Source of the DNA: an uncultured Candidatus Saccharibacteria bacterium
GTDB lineage: Bacteria; Patescibacteriota; Minisyncoccia; Phycocordibacterales; Phycocordibacteraceae
Length of the DNA: 64,000 bases
Reading direction: 5' to 3'
Assembly: GCA_964391975.1 (NCBI GenBank)
Contig: CAYMNZ010000001.1
Location: 198,978-262,977, forward strand
Shown: piece by piece, positions 54,648-64,000 of the stretch
Position numbering within the stretch: the first letter of the stretch is position 1
Layout: each line of letters begins with the position of its first letter
Notes under the pieces: model-generated
The model's database searches: none
Told to the model about the DNA's origin: nothing
Seen by the model: only the letters and a program-made list of their open reading frames with translations
Program-made: the position numbers and the translations under genes

Positions 54648-55445
54648 ATGGCAATCATAGACAAATACAACAAGCGTTCCGATGCAATTAACTCCCTTCT
54701 GTGTGTGGGACTTGACCCTGCTTTTGCGAAACTTCCAGAGCGTTTCAAGAACCAACCCTTTCCGCAGTTTGAGTTCAACAAATTTATCATCGATGAGACG
54801 CATCAGTTCGCTGCTGCTTTTAAGCCCAACACTGCCTTCTACGAGGAGCGCGGGGACCAAGGTATGACGGAGCTTAAGATGACGATGGACTACCTTCGTG
54901 AGCGTCACCCAGATATATTCACCATCATCGATGCGAAACGGGCGGATATCGGTAACACCAACGAAGGTTCTGCTACCTTCGTGTTCGCCTGGCTAGGCGC
55001 GGACGCTATTACAGTGAATCCATTTCTCGGACGCGAAGCGCTCGAGCCGTTTCTTGCTCGTAAAGACAAGGCAACCATTGTATTGAGTTTTACCTCCAAT
55101 CCAGGCTCCCAAGAATTCCAGGGACTTCTTGTTGATGGCAAACCGCTTTGGCAGGTCATCACTGATACGGTTGCGCGCGAATGGAACGGAAACGATAACT
55201 GCATGTTCGCTGTAGGCGCGACCCATCCTGATGAGTTCAAAATCATCCGAGAACTTGTCGGGGACATGACACTTCTTGTGCCCGGAGTTGGCGCGCAGGG
55301 CGGAGATGCGCGGACGGTCGTCGAGACAGGAAAGAACTCGCAAGGAAAGGGTCTTATCATCAACGCAAGCCGCAGCATCATCTTTTCGGAAAATCCCGCA
55401 GAAGCAGCAAAGACGCTACAGGAAGAGATAAACTCGTACCGCTAA
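54648..55445 (+). CDS. pyrF: orotidine 5'-phosphate decarboxylase (type 2)
   Basis: ...LCVGLDP...IIDAKRADIGNT... type-2 ODCase signature. Confidence 0.85.
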   Translation: MAIIDKYNKRSDAINSLLCVGLDPAFAKLPERFKNQPFPQFEFNKFIIDETHQFAAAFKPNTAFYEERGDQGMTELKMTMDYLRERHPDIFTIIDAKRADIGNTNEGSATFVFAWLGADAITVNPFLGREALEPFLARKDKATIVLSFTSNPGSQEFQGLLVDGKPLWQVITDTVAREWNGNDNCMFAVGATHPDEFKIIRELVGDMTLLVPGVGAQGGDARTVVETGKNSQGKGLIINASRSIIFSENPAEAAKTLQEEINSYR

Positions 55446-55446
55446 C

Positions 55447-56349
55447 ATGCAGCACGTCATTGAGACTCAGCAGTTCGACCGCCCGATGCTCGAGGGGTTC
55501 TTCAAGGACGTCGATAAGCTCGTGAAGAAACACCCAAAGGATGCACTTAAGGGGAAGGTCATGGCGACCTTGTTCTACCAACCTTCGACGCGCACTCGAT
55601 TTTCTTTTGAATCCGCGATGGTGCGATTGGGAGGTTCGGTTATTGGTACAGAAAATGCCGCTGAATTTTCTTCTGCGTCAAAAGGGGAGACACTCGAGGA
55701 TTCCATTCGTATCGTGAACGGATACGCAGATGTAATTGTGTTGCGTCATCCAGAGACAGGGTCTGCGGCAAAGGCGGCTGCAGTGTCCGATGTGCCGGTG
55801 ATTAACGCTGGAGACGGAGTAGGACAACACCCTACCCAAGCCTTGCTGGATTTGTATACCATTTACAAGGAAACCGGTGGCATTGACGGAAAGACGGTTG
55901 TATTCGTTGGAGACCTTAAGCACTACCGGACAGCTCGCTCTCTTGCGTTCGTGCTTCGCTTGTTCAAGAACATCAAGATGATTTTTGTTTCTCCTGAAGA
56001 ATTGAAAATGGGAGAGGACATTAAAGAGAGTCTCACCAAGAATGGTGTTTTGTTTTCAGAGACTACTTCACTTGAAGCGGCGGTAAGGGAGGCGGACGTG
56101 CTCTATATTGGACGCATCCCCAAGGAGTATTTTGAAGATCTTGAAGAGTACAAAAAATTTAAAGGGCATTTTACCCTTACGCGCGAACTCGTGGATACGA
56201 TGAAGTCTGATGCAATTATCATGCACCCTCTTCCACGTGAGACAGAGATTCCAGTTGAGGTAGACTCGTCTCCTCATGCTCGTTACTTTGAGCAGGCCAA
56301 ATACGGCGTCTTTGTGCGCATGGCCCTGCTCCTGAAGGTTCTTCATTGA
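55447..56349 (+). CDS. pyrB: aspartate carbamoyltransferase catalytic subunit
   Basis: ...LFYQPSTRTRFSFE... (STRTR carbamoyl-phosphate motif) ...HPLP... Confidence 0.9.
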   Translation: MQHVIETQQFDRPMLEGFFKDVDKLVKKHPKDALKGKVMATLFYQPSTRTRFSFESAMVRLGGSVIGTENAAEFSSASKGETLEDSIRIVNGYADVIVLRHPETGSAAKAAAVSDVPVINAGDGVGQHPTQALLDLYTIYKETGGIDGKTVVFVGDLKHYRTARSLAFVLRLFKNIKMIFVSPEELKMGEDIKESLTKNGVLFSETTSLEAAVREADVLYIGRIPKEYFEDLEEYKKFKGHFTLTRELVDTMKSDAIIMHPLPRETEIPVEVDSSPHARYFEQAKYGVFVRMALLLKVLH

Positions 56350-56404
56350 GGTATCATCAGGAATGGGTATCCTTGGCACTCATTAGCCCTAATTACGTAT
56401 ATAC

Positions 56405-56734
56405 ATGCCATTTCTGCACTGGATCATTACCGCAATCGCTATTCTTCTGACCGCCTACCTCCTTCCAGGAGTGGATGTGACCATCCTTGGCGCTATTGTG
56501 CTTGCCGTCGTGCTCGCGCTCATTAACATGTTCGTGAAGCCGGTTGTCGGGTTGCTTACGCTCCCAATTAACATCGTGACCCTTGGCCTGTTCTCGCTCG
56601 TTGTGAACGCACTACTCATTCTGCTTGCAGCAATGGTGGTCCCAGGCTTCACGGTGGATGGTTTCTGGCCAGCCTTCTTCTTCTCGATTGTGCTCTCGCT
56701 TATCACAGCCGTTCTCGGCATCTGGAAGAAGTAG
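56405..56734 (+). CDS. DUF360 / phage-holin-4-like four-TM membrane protein (YvlD-like)
   Basis: 109 aa, almost entirely hydrophobic with 4 TM helices. Confidence 0.6.
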   Translation: MPFLHWIITAIAILLTAYLLPGVDVTILGAIVLAVVLALINMFVKPVVGLLTLPINIVTLGLFSLVVNALLILLAAMVVPGFTVDGFWPAFFFSIVLSLITAVLGIWKK

Positions 56735-56755
56735 CAACCCGGGCTTGTTTTATCC

Positions 56756-56790
56756 GCAACGCGCTCCTCTTACGGGGCGCGTTGCTGTTA
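56756..56790 (+). terminator. putative terminator hairpin
   Basis: gcaacgcgc-(11-nt loop)-gcgcgttgc then TGTTATACT. The U-tract is weak, so it may instead be a regulatory hairpin before the ATPase gene. Confidence 0.4.
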
Positions 56791-56802
56791 TACTGAGCGA
56801 GT

Positions 56803-59550
56803 ATGCCTCCGCATGTGGAAGGTCGAAAAAACCTATCCTCTCACGAAGAGGAGCTCGCGCATCTGCGCGCCCAGGTAGAAGCAAAGGAGAAACAACTTGC
56901 TGAGATGATGCAGGATGTACCACGTGGAGAAATCATCCACGAGCGCATCATCCACCACAAAGAAACCCCTGCTGAGGAGGTTTTGCACCCGAGTTATCGC
57001 ATGTCTGACCAGGAGGCCGGAGAAATTGCGCTTAACCTTGACCCGGAAAGCGACGACGAGACCATGAACGAGCTTCGCGGCATCATGGAGGAACGGGGCA
57101 TTCACAACGCACTGAGCGTTCTTTCGAAGCTCAAGAGCCCGCACCTTGAGGACGACTTCCATCGTTTTCTCGTAGCCTACATCAACGTGGGAATGCCGAT
57201 TAAGGGTCTTGCCGAGAACCAGCCAACATGGAAAGCGCTTCACATGACGCTCTATGAGATTTCACTTCCGGAACCTAACCAGGAGGAAGCGGATAAAGAT
57301 AACCTCAAGTACAAACACTTTAAAGAGATTGTCTCCAAGATGGAGCAGTTTTATGCCGGCATGATGTCGGTGGAGCAGGCGTACCATGGTGAGCCGCCGT
57401 ACTTCTCACTTGAACTCTCCGTGCCCGTCGATCGTCCGCACCTCCAGTTCTTTGCTGCAATTCCAAACGGGCGCACTAACATGTTTGAGAAGCAGATTCT
57501 CGCCATCTTCCCGAACGCGGTCATCATCCAACAGCCTAACGACTACAATATCTTTGCGCAGGATGGTACCGCGGTGGGTTCAGTTGCAAAACTTGCTGAC
57601 AAATCTGCCCTCTCTTTGAAAGATTTTGGGGAATTTGATTACGATCCAATTAACTCCATCTTGAACGCCTTCGCCAAGATTGAAAACGAAGGAGAAGGGG
57701 CTTCGCTTCAAATTATCTTCAGGCCCAGAGGAGATAAGTATGTTCGTCATTTCCGTCGCATTCTCTACAACCTCAGGCGCGGCATGCCTCGAATCCGCGC
57801 GCTTTCGCTTCCAGAGCACGTGCTTGGAGAGTTTGCGCACGACATTGAGAGCGCACTACTTGATCTAAAGGCAGACAAGGAGAATCTTACCCACAACGAG
57901 ACGACTATTAAATCAGTGGAGGCGAAGATTGCCGCTCCGGTAGTCGACGTCACCATGCGTCTGGCAGTGTCTTCGCCCGATCCTATTAAGGCCAATCAGG
58001 TGCTTGGTGAACTTGAATCCTCCTTCAACCAGTTCGAGGCGCCTCAGGGCAACCGTGTCGAATGGAAGCGCATGAAGGGCGGGGAAGAGCGCAAGTTCTT
58101 CCGCAACTTCTCTTTCCGTCTTTTCTCGCACGAGAACGCGATGCAGCTCTCACTTCGCGAGCTCACAACGATGTACCACTTCCCACCGAAGGGTATCGAT
58201 TCCTCTCCTCACCTCAAGCAGTCTCGCTTCACCGCAGCAGCGGCTCCTATCGGACTTGAATCCAAAGGCATTCACCTTGGCAGCAACAGCTTCCGTGGTG
58301 CGAAGTCGGAGATTTATATGGATGCTCAGGACAGACTTCGCCACCTCTACGTCATTGGACAGACCGGTACCGGAAAGACCGGATTCTTGCGTACGCTTAT
58401 TGAGCAGGACATCAAGAACGGTGAGGGGGTGTGCTTCATCGATCCACACGGCAACGACGTGCTTGAAGTGCTCGCTACCGTTCCGCCAGAGCGTTACAAC
58501 GACGTCATCTACTTTGACCCCGCCTACATCGACCGTCCGTATGGCCTCAACATGCTTGAGTATGACGCTTCTAAACCTGAGCAGAAGTCCTTCATCGTCA
58601 ACGAGCTTCTCATGATTTTCCGTCAGCTCTACGGCGACGTTCCAGAATCCATGGGCCCGGCTTTCGAGCAGTACTTCCGTAACGCCACCCAGCTTGTGAT
58701 GGAAGACCCAGAGTCAGGCTCCACCATGCTTGATATCTCACGCGTGCTCTCTAACTCTGAGTTCCGTTACCGCAAACTTGCGAAGAGTAACAACCTTGTG
58801 GTGAACCAGTTCTGGGAGGAGATTGCCACCAAGGCAGAAGGAGAGGCAAGTCTCCAGAATATTGTGCCGTACATCACCAACAAATTCGATGAGTTTATCG
58901 CCAACGACTTCATGCGTCCCATCATGGGTCAGCAGGAATCCTCGTTCAACTTCCGTGAAATCATGGACAACAAGAAGATTCTTCTGGTGAACCTCTCGAA
59001 GGGTCGTCTTGGTGAGCGCAACGCTAACCTTCTTGGTCTCATTATCGTCGGCAAACTCTTTATGTCCGCGCTCGGTCGTGCCGATAATCCACGTGCTGAT
59101 TTCCCACCGTTCTATCTCTACATCGACGAGTTCCAGAACATCACCACCAAGTCTATTCCAGGCATTCTTTCTGAAGCTCGTAAGTACAAGCTCTCCATGA
59201 CCATTGCGCACCAGTTCTTGAAGCAAGTGGATGAAAAGATTCGCGATGCTGTCTTCGGTAACGTTGGTTCTATGGCCATCTTCCGTGTGGGTGAAGAAGA
59301 TGGAGAGTTCTTTGCTAAGCAGTTTGCACCTGTGTTCTCTGCGCTTGATTTCGTGAACATCGAGAACCGCAATGCCTACGTGCGCCTCCTCTCTAAAGGG
59401 GTGCCGCAGAAGCCGTTTAACATCAAAACGCGGGATCTCTCTCCAGGCAATCCGAGCCAAATTGACGATCTACGCCAGCTTTCCTACCTGACCTACGGAC
59501 GCGATAGGGCCACGGTTGAAGCAACTATAAGGTCGCGATATCTTAGTTAG
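56803..59550 (+). CDS. VirD4/TraG/TrwB-like (type IV coupling protein-type) P-loop ATPase with long soluble N-terminal domain, no TM anchor
   Basis: 915 aa. Walker A LYVIGQTGTGKTGFL. IDPHGNDV. Walker B PFYLYIDEFQNITT. ...ARKYKLSMTIAHQFLKQV...NVGSMAIFRVGEEDGEFF pattern matches the T4CP all-alpha/ATPase layout. The first ~480 aa are unrelated soluble sequence. Confidence 0.65.
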   Translation: MPPHVEGRKNLSSHEEELAHLRAQVEAKEKQLAEMMQDVPRGEIIHERIIHHKETPAEEVLHPSYRMSDQEAGEIALNLDPESDDETMNELRGIMEERGIHNALSVLSKLKSPHLEDDFHRFLVAYINVGMPIKGLAENQPTWKALHMTLYEISLPEPNQEEADKDNLKYKHFKEIVSKMEQFYAGMMSVEQAYHGEPPYFSLELSVPVDRPHLQFFAAIPNGRTNMFEKQILAIFPNAVIIQQPNDYNIFAQDGTAVGSVAKLADKSALSLKDFGEFDYDPINSILNAFAKIENEGEGASLQIIFRPRGDKYVRHFRRILYNLRRGMPRIRALSLPEHVLGEFAHDIESALLDLKADKENLTHNETTIKSVEAKIAAPVVDVTMRLAVSSPDPIKANQVLGELESSFNQFEAPQGNRVEWKRMKGGEERKFFRNFSFRLFSHENAMQLSLRELTTMYHFPPKGIDSSPHLKQSRFTAAAAPIGLESKGIHLGSNSFRGAKSEIYMDAQDRLRHLYVIGQTGTGKTGFLRTLIEQDIKNGEGVCFIDPHGNDVLEVLATVPPERYNDVIYFDPAYIDRPYGLNMLEYDASKPEQKSFIVNELLMIFRQLYGDVPESMGPAFEQYFRNATQLVMEDPESGSTMLDISRVLSNSEFRYRKLAKSNNLVVNQFWEEIATKAEGEASLQNIVPYITNKFDEFIANDFMRPIMGQQESSFNFREIMDNKKILLVNLSKGRLGERNANLLGLIIVGKLFMSALGRADNPRADFPPFYLYIDEFQNITTKSIPGILSEARKYKLSMTIAHQFLKQVDEKIRDAVFGNVGSMAIFRVGEEDGEFFAKQFAPVFSALDFVNIENRNAYVRLLSKGVPQKPFNIKTRDLSPGNPSQIDDLRQLSYLTYGRDRATVEATIRSRYLS

Positions 59551-59552
59551 GT

Positions 59553-60896
59553 ATGAGTCCTGAAGGAGCAGGAAATCCACTAACAGCAAAACGGCAAGAA
59601 GCCCCGGTTATTCCGTTTGATAAAACAAAGGAAGGTCGCCCCATTGCGAGCGCTATTCGTCGTCATATCAATCAGGAATTCAAATCCCAGTTTAGGCGTC
59701 GTGAACAGTTGAACACGGATGAAGTAGATGCCTTCCTTGAGAGTATGCCTCAGCGGTTACGAGGCGATGCCATAGCAAAGATTGCAGCGCATGAGGATGC
59801 ATGGACTGGAGAACAGAAGCTCGCGCAGGCAAAGGACCGCTTTGATGCTGCTGAGAAAGCACTCGATCGCATGCGGAGTATTAAGCAGCAGAAGAATGAG
59901 ATTGAAAAAGCTCGGGCTATTCGCGACCCGAAAGAGCGAAGCAAGGCGCTCAAGCTTCATCGTTCAGAAATTTCGCGTCTTAAGGGCGAACGTGAAATCG
60001 CGCTTGGTGCGCTCGAACCTATTCGCGAGAAAGTGCTTAAGGTTGCTCGCGCCTATCGCGCTGCAGTGAGGCAGCTACCCAAGGTTGCAGACTCTGCTCG
60101 AGAAGTCGCCGAAGCTGAGATTGTACGCAAGAGCAAGCATCCTATTACTAATCGTCGTGACCTCACAAAACCGGCGTATCGTGCCCCGGGGGTAACGCAG
60201 GTACCACAACCGAGACTTCGCCCCGGTTTTGAAGTTGAGGCTGAGGAGCCGGGCGAGTACCGACCGCTTCCACAAGAGGTTAAGTCTCGCGAATCATCTG
60301 TTGGTGTTCCTCCGATACCTCCCTATAAACTCGACCCAAGGCGTGGTGCAGAACTACTTGCCAAAGTACCTCAGTTGGCGCCGCTTCCTAAGGAAGTCAT
60401 TGAACGCATTCTGCATCTTCATGCTAGCAGGGAAAATGCTCCCGATGCACTTGTGACAAAACAAGGTGCCCCTGAACTCACTCAAGAAGAAGACCTTGCG
60501 CTTATTCAAGAGCTTTTCTCAACAATTGTTCAGGCCATTACGAGCGATGATTCACCTGAGGAGGTCCGAGGTTACCTTACCTTGGCGCTCAAAAACTACG
60601 ACACGAAGGAAGGAAGTGTTGAGGGGTTTGTGAGCGCAATAATTTTTGCAGGACTCCAAGATAGTCGTTTCAAAGCACCGAAGAAATCTTTCTTTGAGGA
60701 TGCACCTTATCTTCAAGTCGAGAAAGCACTCGTCGATATGGTGAACGAAGGACTCACGACGCTTGATGCGGTAGGAATAGCGAAAGCTTTTCCTGGTTAC
60801 CTTGAGGGTATGGAGCGTGGTGAACGTGATAACGTCCTCCGCAGCATGCTGCGCACCTGTCGTACCCGCATCGTGGATGTCATGGGGGTGCTGTAG
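59553..60896 (+). CDS. hypothetical basic coiled-coil protein, translationally coupled to the ATPase
   Basis: 447-aa ORF starting 3 nt after the ATPase stop. Arg/Lys-rich coiled-coil N-half and Pro-rich linker. Unassigned C-half. Confidence 0.5.
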   Translation: MSPEGAGNPLTAKRQEAPVIPFDKTKEGRPIASAIRRHINQEFKSQFRRREQLNTDEVDAFLESMPQRLRGDAIAKIAAHEDAWTGEQKLAQAKDRFDAAEKALDRMRSIKQQKNEIEKARAIRDPKERSKALKLHRSEISRLKGEREIALGALEPIREKVLKVARAYRAAVRQLPKVADSAREVAEAEIVRKSKHPITNRRDLTKPAYRAPGVTQVPQPRLRPGFEVEAEEPGEYRPLPQEVKSRESSVGVPPIPPYKLDPRRGAELLAKVPQLAPLPKEVIERILHLHASRENAPDALVTKQGAPELTQEEDLALIQELFSTIVQAITSDDSPEEVRGYLTLALKNYDTKEGSVEGFVSAIIFAGLQDSRFKAPKKSFFEDAPYLQVEKALVDMVNEGLTTLDAVGIAKAFPGYLEGMERGERDNVLRSMLRTCRTRIVDVMGVL

Positions 60897-60898
60897 TA

Positions 60899-60926
60899 TT
60901 GACAAATAACAGGGAAGTACCATAAT
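60899..60926 (+). promoter_or_regulatory. sigma70-like promoter (TTGACA-16-CATAAT) upstream of the FKBP gene
   Basis: TTGACA at 60899-60904 and CATAAT at 60921-60926 with a 16-nt spacer, about 95 nt upstream of ATG 61024. Confidence 0.45.
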
Positions 60927-61023
60927 TAACTACAGTTCACGTTCATGAAGTCCCCAGGTGCGGGCGCGCATCTGGTCATTGCGAGGCTATACTGGTTACA
61001 TACTCAAATAAACCCAAGCTTTA

Positions 61024-61479
61024 ATGAAAACCCCAACCGGCATAGCGATTGCCCTTGCAGTGGCCATCGCGCTCGTGTTCCTCTTCTTCGGACCTACTAT
61101 TCTTAACCTCTTCTCATTTGAGACCACGCCTATGACCGAGACCCCTTCTGACCAGAGTGCTGTTGGCATTTCCGATTCTGTTGAAGGAGCCGGCGTCGAA
61201 GCAAAGACTGGCGACACCGTTGCTGTTAATTACGTGGGTATGCTTGAGGACGGTACCGTCTTTGACGCCTCCGCAAACCACGGTGGTCCATACTCCTTCG
61301 TACTTGGCGCAGGTACCGTCATCGCTGGCTGGGACCAGGGCATCGTCGGTATGAAGGAAGGCGGTATGCGCACGCTTATCATCCCTCCTGCGCTCGGCTA
61401 CGGTAGTACCGGTTACGGTCCGATTCCTGCAAACGCCACCATTATCTTTCAGGTGGAGCTTGTAAAGGTTGGTTCTTAA
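61024..61479 (+). CDS. FKBP-type peptidyl-prolyl cis-trans isomerase, membrane-anchored
   Basis: N-terminal TM. ...GDTVAVNYVGMLEDGTVFDAS...GWDQGIVGMKEGGMRTLIIPPALGYG...IIFQVELVKV. Confidence 0.85.
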   Translation: MKTPTGIAIALAVAIALVFLFFGPTILNLFSFETTPMTETPSDQSAVGISDSVEGAGVEAKTGDTVAVNYVGMLEDGTVFDASANHGGPYSFVLGAGTVIAGWDQGIVGMKEGGMRTLIIPPALGYGSTGYGPIPANATIIFQVELVKVGS

Positions 61480-61497
61480 TTACTTCTCTATTCCGCT

Positions 61498-63573
61498 ATG
61501 CGAAAACTAGGACCAGAAGCAGGCAAAAGCGGGGAAGAATCCCCAAGCCAGAAGCGCCTCAAGCGTCTTAGTAAAGCATTAGAGCAGCGGGTAGACAGTA
61601 AGCTCAACAAACCGAAAGGTATTACGAGAGGTAAGCCTGTATTCGAACAGTGGAGCAAGGAACGAAGAAAGGGTGGAAGGGAGCTTACGCACGAAGATTT
61701 GCGTGACTTCATTGTTGAGTTCCAAGGGAATCTCCAAGAGAAGCTACAAGATGAAAGGTTTGAAATGCGTTCAGTTATTGAAAAGAGAGATGCGTTCCTA
61801 GAGGCCGGCAAGGTAGAACAACAGTGGGCTACGGCTGTAGACGAGCGATGGGGAAATGAATACCCGGATTGGAAGGAGAAAAGTTATGGTGTCGTTTCAA
61901 GGACTGTGGAATATCGAGAATGGCAGGAGGCGAGTGCAAAACTTGAAACGGCGCAGAGAGAATACAGTGAAGTTGCGGAGCATGGTGGGTTGAAGCCTAA
62001 TGAATTTGCACAACTTGCGGAAGAATACGAAGGCCTTACCGCACTTTCACAGGATTTCTCGTATCTTCTGGAAGGAGGGAAGAATGCTGGGAATGATGTG
62101 GACGCTCTTACTGAATGGAAGAAAACTTGGGTGGACCTCATTGACCGGGGACTCATAAGCGTTGAGGAGGCTGAGGCCATGGCACTGGCTGGACCGGCAG
62201 TAGCTCCAGAAGATGCTGGTTCTGGACTTGGAAGCGAAACCCGCGATGAAGATGCTGAGGCTACGCCCCCTCCTCCAGAAAAGGTTGAGACAGGACCTGA
62301 AGCCAGCGAAGCTGTACGTCTCATGTTAGAGCAGTTTCTTGAGAAGTTCAGCGAAGACACAACTGCCGCTCCTGAGAAGACTGAGAAAGCTTTGGAGAAA
62401 GATTGGCAGGCAGAGGTTACTAAACTTCAGGAAGGACTCGTTGGGAAACTCAGAGCTCTTCTTGCTGGTGATGCTCCCCCATCCATTGGAGAAATTAGTG
62501 ATGCAATGCGCAGCTATGAGAAGGCATCAAATGCGCTCGCTGCTGAGCTTAAGGAAGTAACGGACAACGCTCGTAGCTTCCCGCATCTTGAAGGTAAGGA
62601 AGGAGCGGAGGGTGCAGAAACACTACCGGAACCAGTGGGCCCTGAAGCCTGGGAAGCGTTCGGAGACCGCAAAGAGGAAGGAACGCCCGAAGAAAAAGAA
62701 TCTCTTCTTGAGCAGCTCAATCATCTCAAGCTTCTGCGCGCAGATCTTTTGCGTCGCCACGACCTCGTTCCGGTTGATAGTGTCTCCCGCGTTAACTTCG
62801 AAAAGAAGCTCATCCTCGCTAGTGAGATAGGCGACATTGCTCGACAAATGGCTCCTTTGAGCAAGAAGCTTAAGGAAGTGTACAAGATTGAATGGCCAAT
62901 CCAGCTTTCTGTGGCAAAAGTTGCCCTGGATAAGCTTGGCGCCATGCTTGATTTGGAAGGAATCGATCCAATTGAACTTGAGCATCACATTAACGCGATG
63001 CCGCATGAAGAGTTCGATAGACGTATTAGCTCAGCGCTCAGGAAAACTGAGGACGAAAAGGCACGTGAAGCACTTAAGGATAAGCTTGGTGTTGGTGCGG
63101 GAGGTGGGGCACCAAAGCCTGATGCCACCGAAGCTGAGACTGAAGATGAAAAAGAATCGAGGGAACGTGCAGAGGAAGTTGCTGATTTGTGGACTGGATT
63201 TTTCGTGAAGCGTCCTGAAGGTTTTCTCTTCGGGCGAAAAGGAAAAGCAGAATTTACTGAAAGTTTAGGAGTTCTTGCAAAAGAACGAAATATTAATCAA
63301 GTCTCAGGACTCCTCGCCGAAAGCATTCTTTCCCAAGGTGAACCTGCTGACGGCTCGTTTGCTCCAAAATTTAGAGAATTGAACGAAAAAATTCAAAATG
63401 AATTGCGAAAAGGTGATGGAAAGGAGAGTCGAATTAACATTCTTCGCCGAACAATCAAGAAGGTGCCAGGTATGCTTGATAAGCTCAACAAGGAAACGAA
63501 GGGCGTGGAGGGTGGTTGGATCTCTAAGAAAACCGTTGCTGCTGCCAAGAGACTTAGGGAGTACGCTTCGTAG
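61498..63573 (+). CDS. large acidic coiled-coil hypothetical protein
   Basis: 691-aa ORF, Glu/Lys-rich, long predicted helical/coiled stretches. No recognisable enzymatic motif. Confidence 0.5.
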   Translation: MRKLGPEAGKSGEESPSQKRLKRLSKALEQRVDSKLNKPKGITRGKPVFEQWSKERRKGGRELTHEDLRDFIVEFQGNLQEKLQDERFEMRSVIEKRDAFLEAGKVEQQWATAVDERWGNEYPDWKEKSYGVVSRTVEYREWQEASAKLETAQREYSEVAEHGGLKPNEFAQLAEEYEGLTALSQDFSYLLEGGKNAGNDVDALTEWKKTWVDLIDRGLISVEEAEAMALAGPAVAPEDAGSGLGSETRDEDAEATPPPPEKVETGPEASEAVRLMLEQFLEKFSEDTTAAPEKTEKALEKDWQAEVTKLQEGLVGKLRALLAGDAPPSIGEISDAMRSYEKASNALAAELKEVTDNARSFPHLEGKEGAEGAETLPEPVGPEAWEAFGDRKEEGTPEEKESLLEQLNHLKLLRADLLRRHDLVPVDSVSRVNFEKKLILASEIGDIARQMAPLSKKLKEVYKIEWPIQLSVAKVALDKLGAMLDLEGIDPIELEHHINAMPHEEFDRRISSALRKTEDEKAREALKDKLGVGAGGGAPKPDATEAETEDEKESRERAEEVADLWTGFFVKRPEGFLFGRKGKAEFTESLGVLAKERNINQVSGLLAESILSQGEPADGSFAPKFRELNEKIQNELRKGDGKESRINILRRTIKKVPGMLDKLNKETKGVEGGWISKKTVAAAKRLREYAS

Positions 63574-63611
63574 TCCTACGAAGAGAGTGAAGGTCGTAGT
63601 ATGCTCGTATA

Positions 63612-64000
63612 ATGAGCAGTTCTCCCATTTCCTTCACCATAGACACGCGTAGAGGAAGGGCGCGTACTGCGCTACTTACTACCCCACACGGCAATATACG
63701 CACTCCTGCGTTCGTCCCCGTAGGTACCAAGGCAAATATTAAAGGCATTCTTCCCGACGCGCTTTCTGCGCTCGGGGCTCAGGTGGTGCTTGCTAATACC
63801 TATCATCTCTACCTACAGCCTGGTGAGAAGGTCGTAGAGACTGCAGGAGGACTCGGTGCATTCATGAACTGGAAGGGGCCGACCATGACAGATTCAGGAG
63901 GCTTCCAGGTGTTCTCACTCGGCGCTGCGTTTGGAAGGACTATTTCAAAGATAGCCACAGGCGAGGAGGTGGCGCATACCAATACGGTAGCCGTCTACGA
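63612..64000 (+). CDS. tgt: queuine tRNA-ribosyltransferase (partial; runs off window end)
   Basis: [45 protein letters not shown]...ANTYHL...[12 protein letters not shown]. Matches Tgt N-terminal TIM-barrel motifs. Confidence 0.85.
   Translation, partial: MSSSPISFTIDTRRGRARTALLTTPHGNIRTPAFVPVGTKANIKGILPDALSALGAQVVLANTYHLYLQPGEKVVETAGGLGAFMNWKGPTMTDSGGFQVFSLGAAFGRTISKIATGEEVAHTNTVAVY

Noticed and set aside
56803-59550. Assignment of the 915-aa ATPase to FtsK/SpoIIIE or HerA
   Set aside because: It lacks the FtsK gamma domain and N-terminal TMs. The Walker B context (IDEFQN) and downstream AHQ…Q/…FRVGEEDG pattern fit the TrwB/TraD/VirD4 layout better. HerA/DUF87 remains an alternative (IDPHGN resembles DPHGEY), so the call is kept at family level only.
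1-64000. CRISPR arrays, rRNA genes, insertion sequences, integrases, prophage structural genes
   Set aside because: No regularly spaced direct repeats, no rRNA-like conserved stretches, and no transposase/integrase/recombinase-like translations were seen in any frame.

Overview
This 64-kb window reads as a gene-dense, mostly co-linear bacterial chromosome segment from a streamlined, probably uncultivated lineage. Several housekeeping proteins are domain-trimmed: IF-2 is about 490 aa, Rel 537 aa, DnaX 342 aa. Many small membrane and hypothetical proteins occur, and overlapping start and stop codons are frequent. I did not compute G+C; by eye it is roughly mid-to-upper 50s %. I found no rRNA, CRISPR array, integrase or transposase.

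Recognisable core genes, in order:
- rpsA (partial), gyrA, rbfA–infB, clpB, rpmG, miaA, purT, parB, rel, topA, dprA, serS, dus, dnaX.
- A nearly complete pyrimidine block: carA–carB, pyrC–pyrD–pyrE–pyrF–pyrB, with an embedded LOG-family gene.
- tgt (partial) at the window end.

Eight tRNAs were found by eye: Leu-TAG, Lys-CTT, Leu-TAA, Cys-GCA, Trp-CCA, Leu-CAA (all minus strand) and Gln-TTG (plus).

The most unusual content, in descending order of interest:
1. A tandem array of six paralogous VirB2/TrbC-like two-transmembrane pilin genes at 8.3–10.8 kb. Some carry Cys-rich N- or C-terminal domains. A seventh copy at 20.6 kb is fused to a domain carrying LAS-type zinc-peptidase motifs.
2. An orphan VirD4/TraG-like P-loop ATPase at 56.8 kb. 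It has no membrane anchor, a ~480-aa N-terminal extension, and is translationally coupled to a basic coiled-coil protein.
3. A low-G+C island at about 37.6–42.3 kb immediately after tRNA-Gln, carrying HAD and alpha/beta hydrolases, small membrane proteins and an M23 peptidase.
4. A paralogue–HTH–paralogue module at 1–3 kb.
5. A 706-aa orphan protein with a glutamine-synthetase/amidoligase-like GYEFEF motif at 11.2–13.3 kb.

All calls rest on reading the translations and the DNA directly. No database searches were run.
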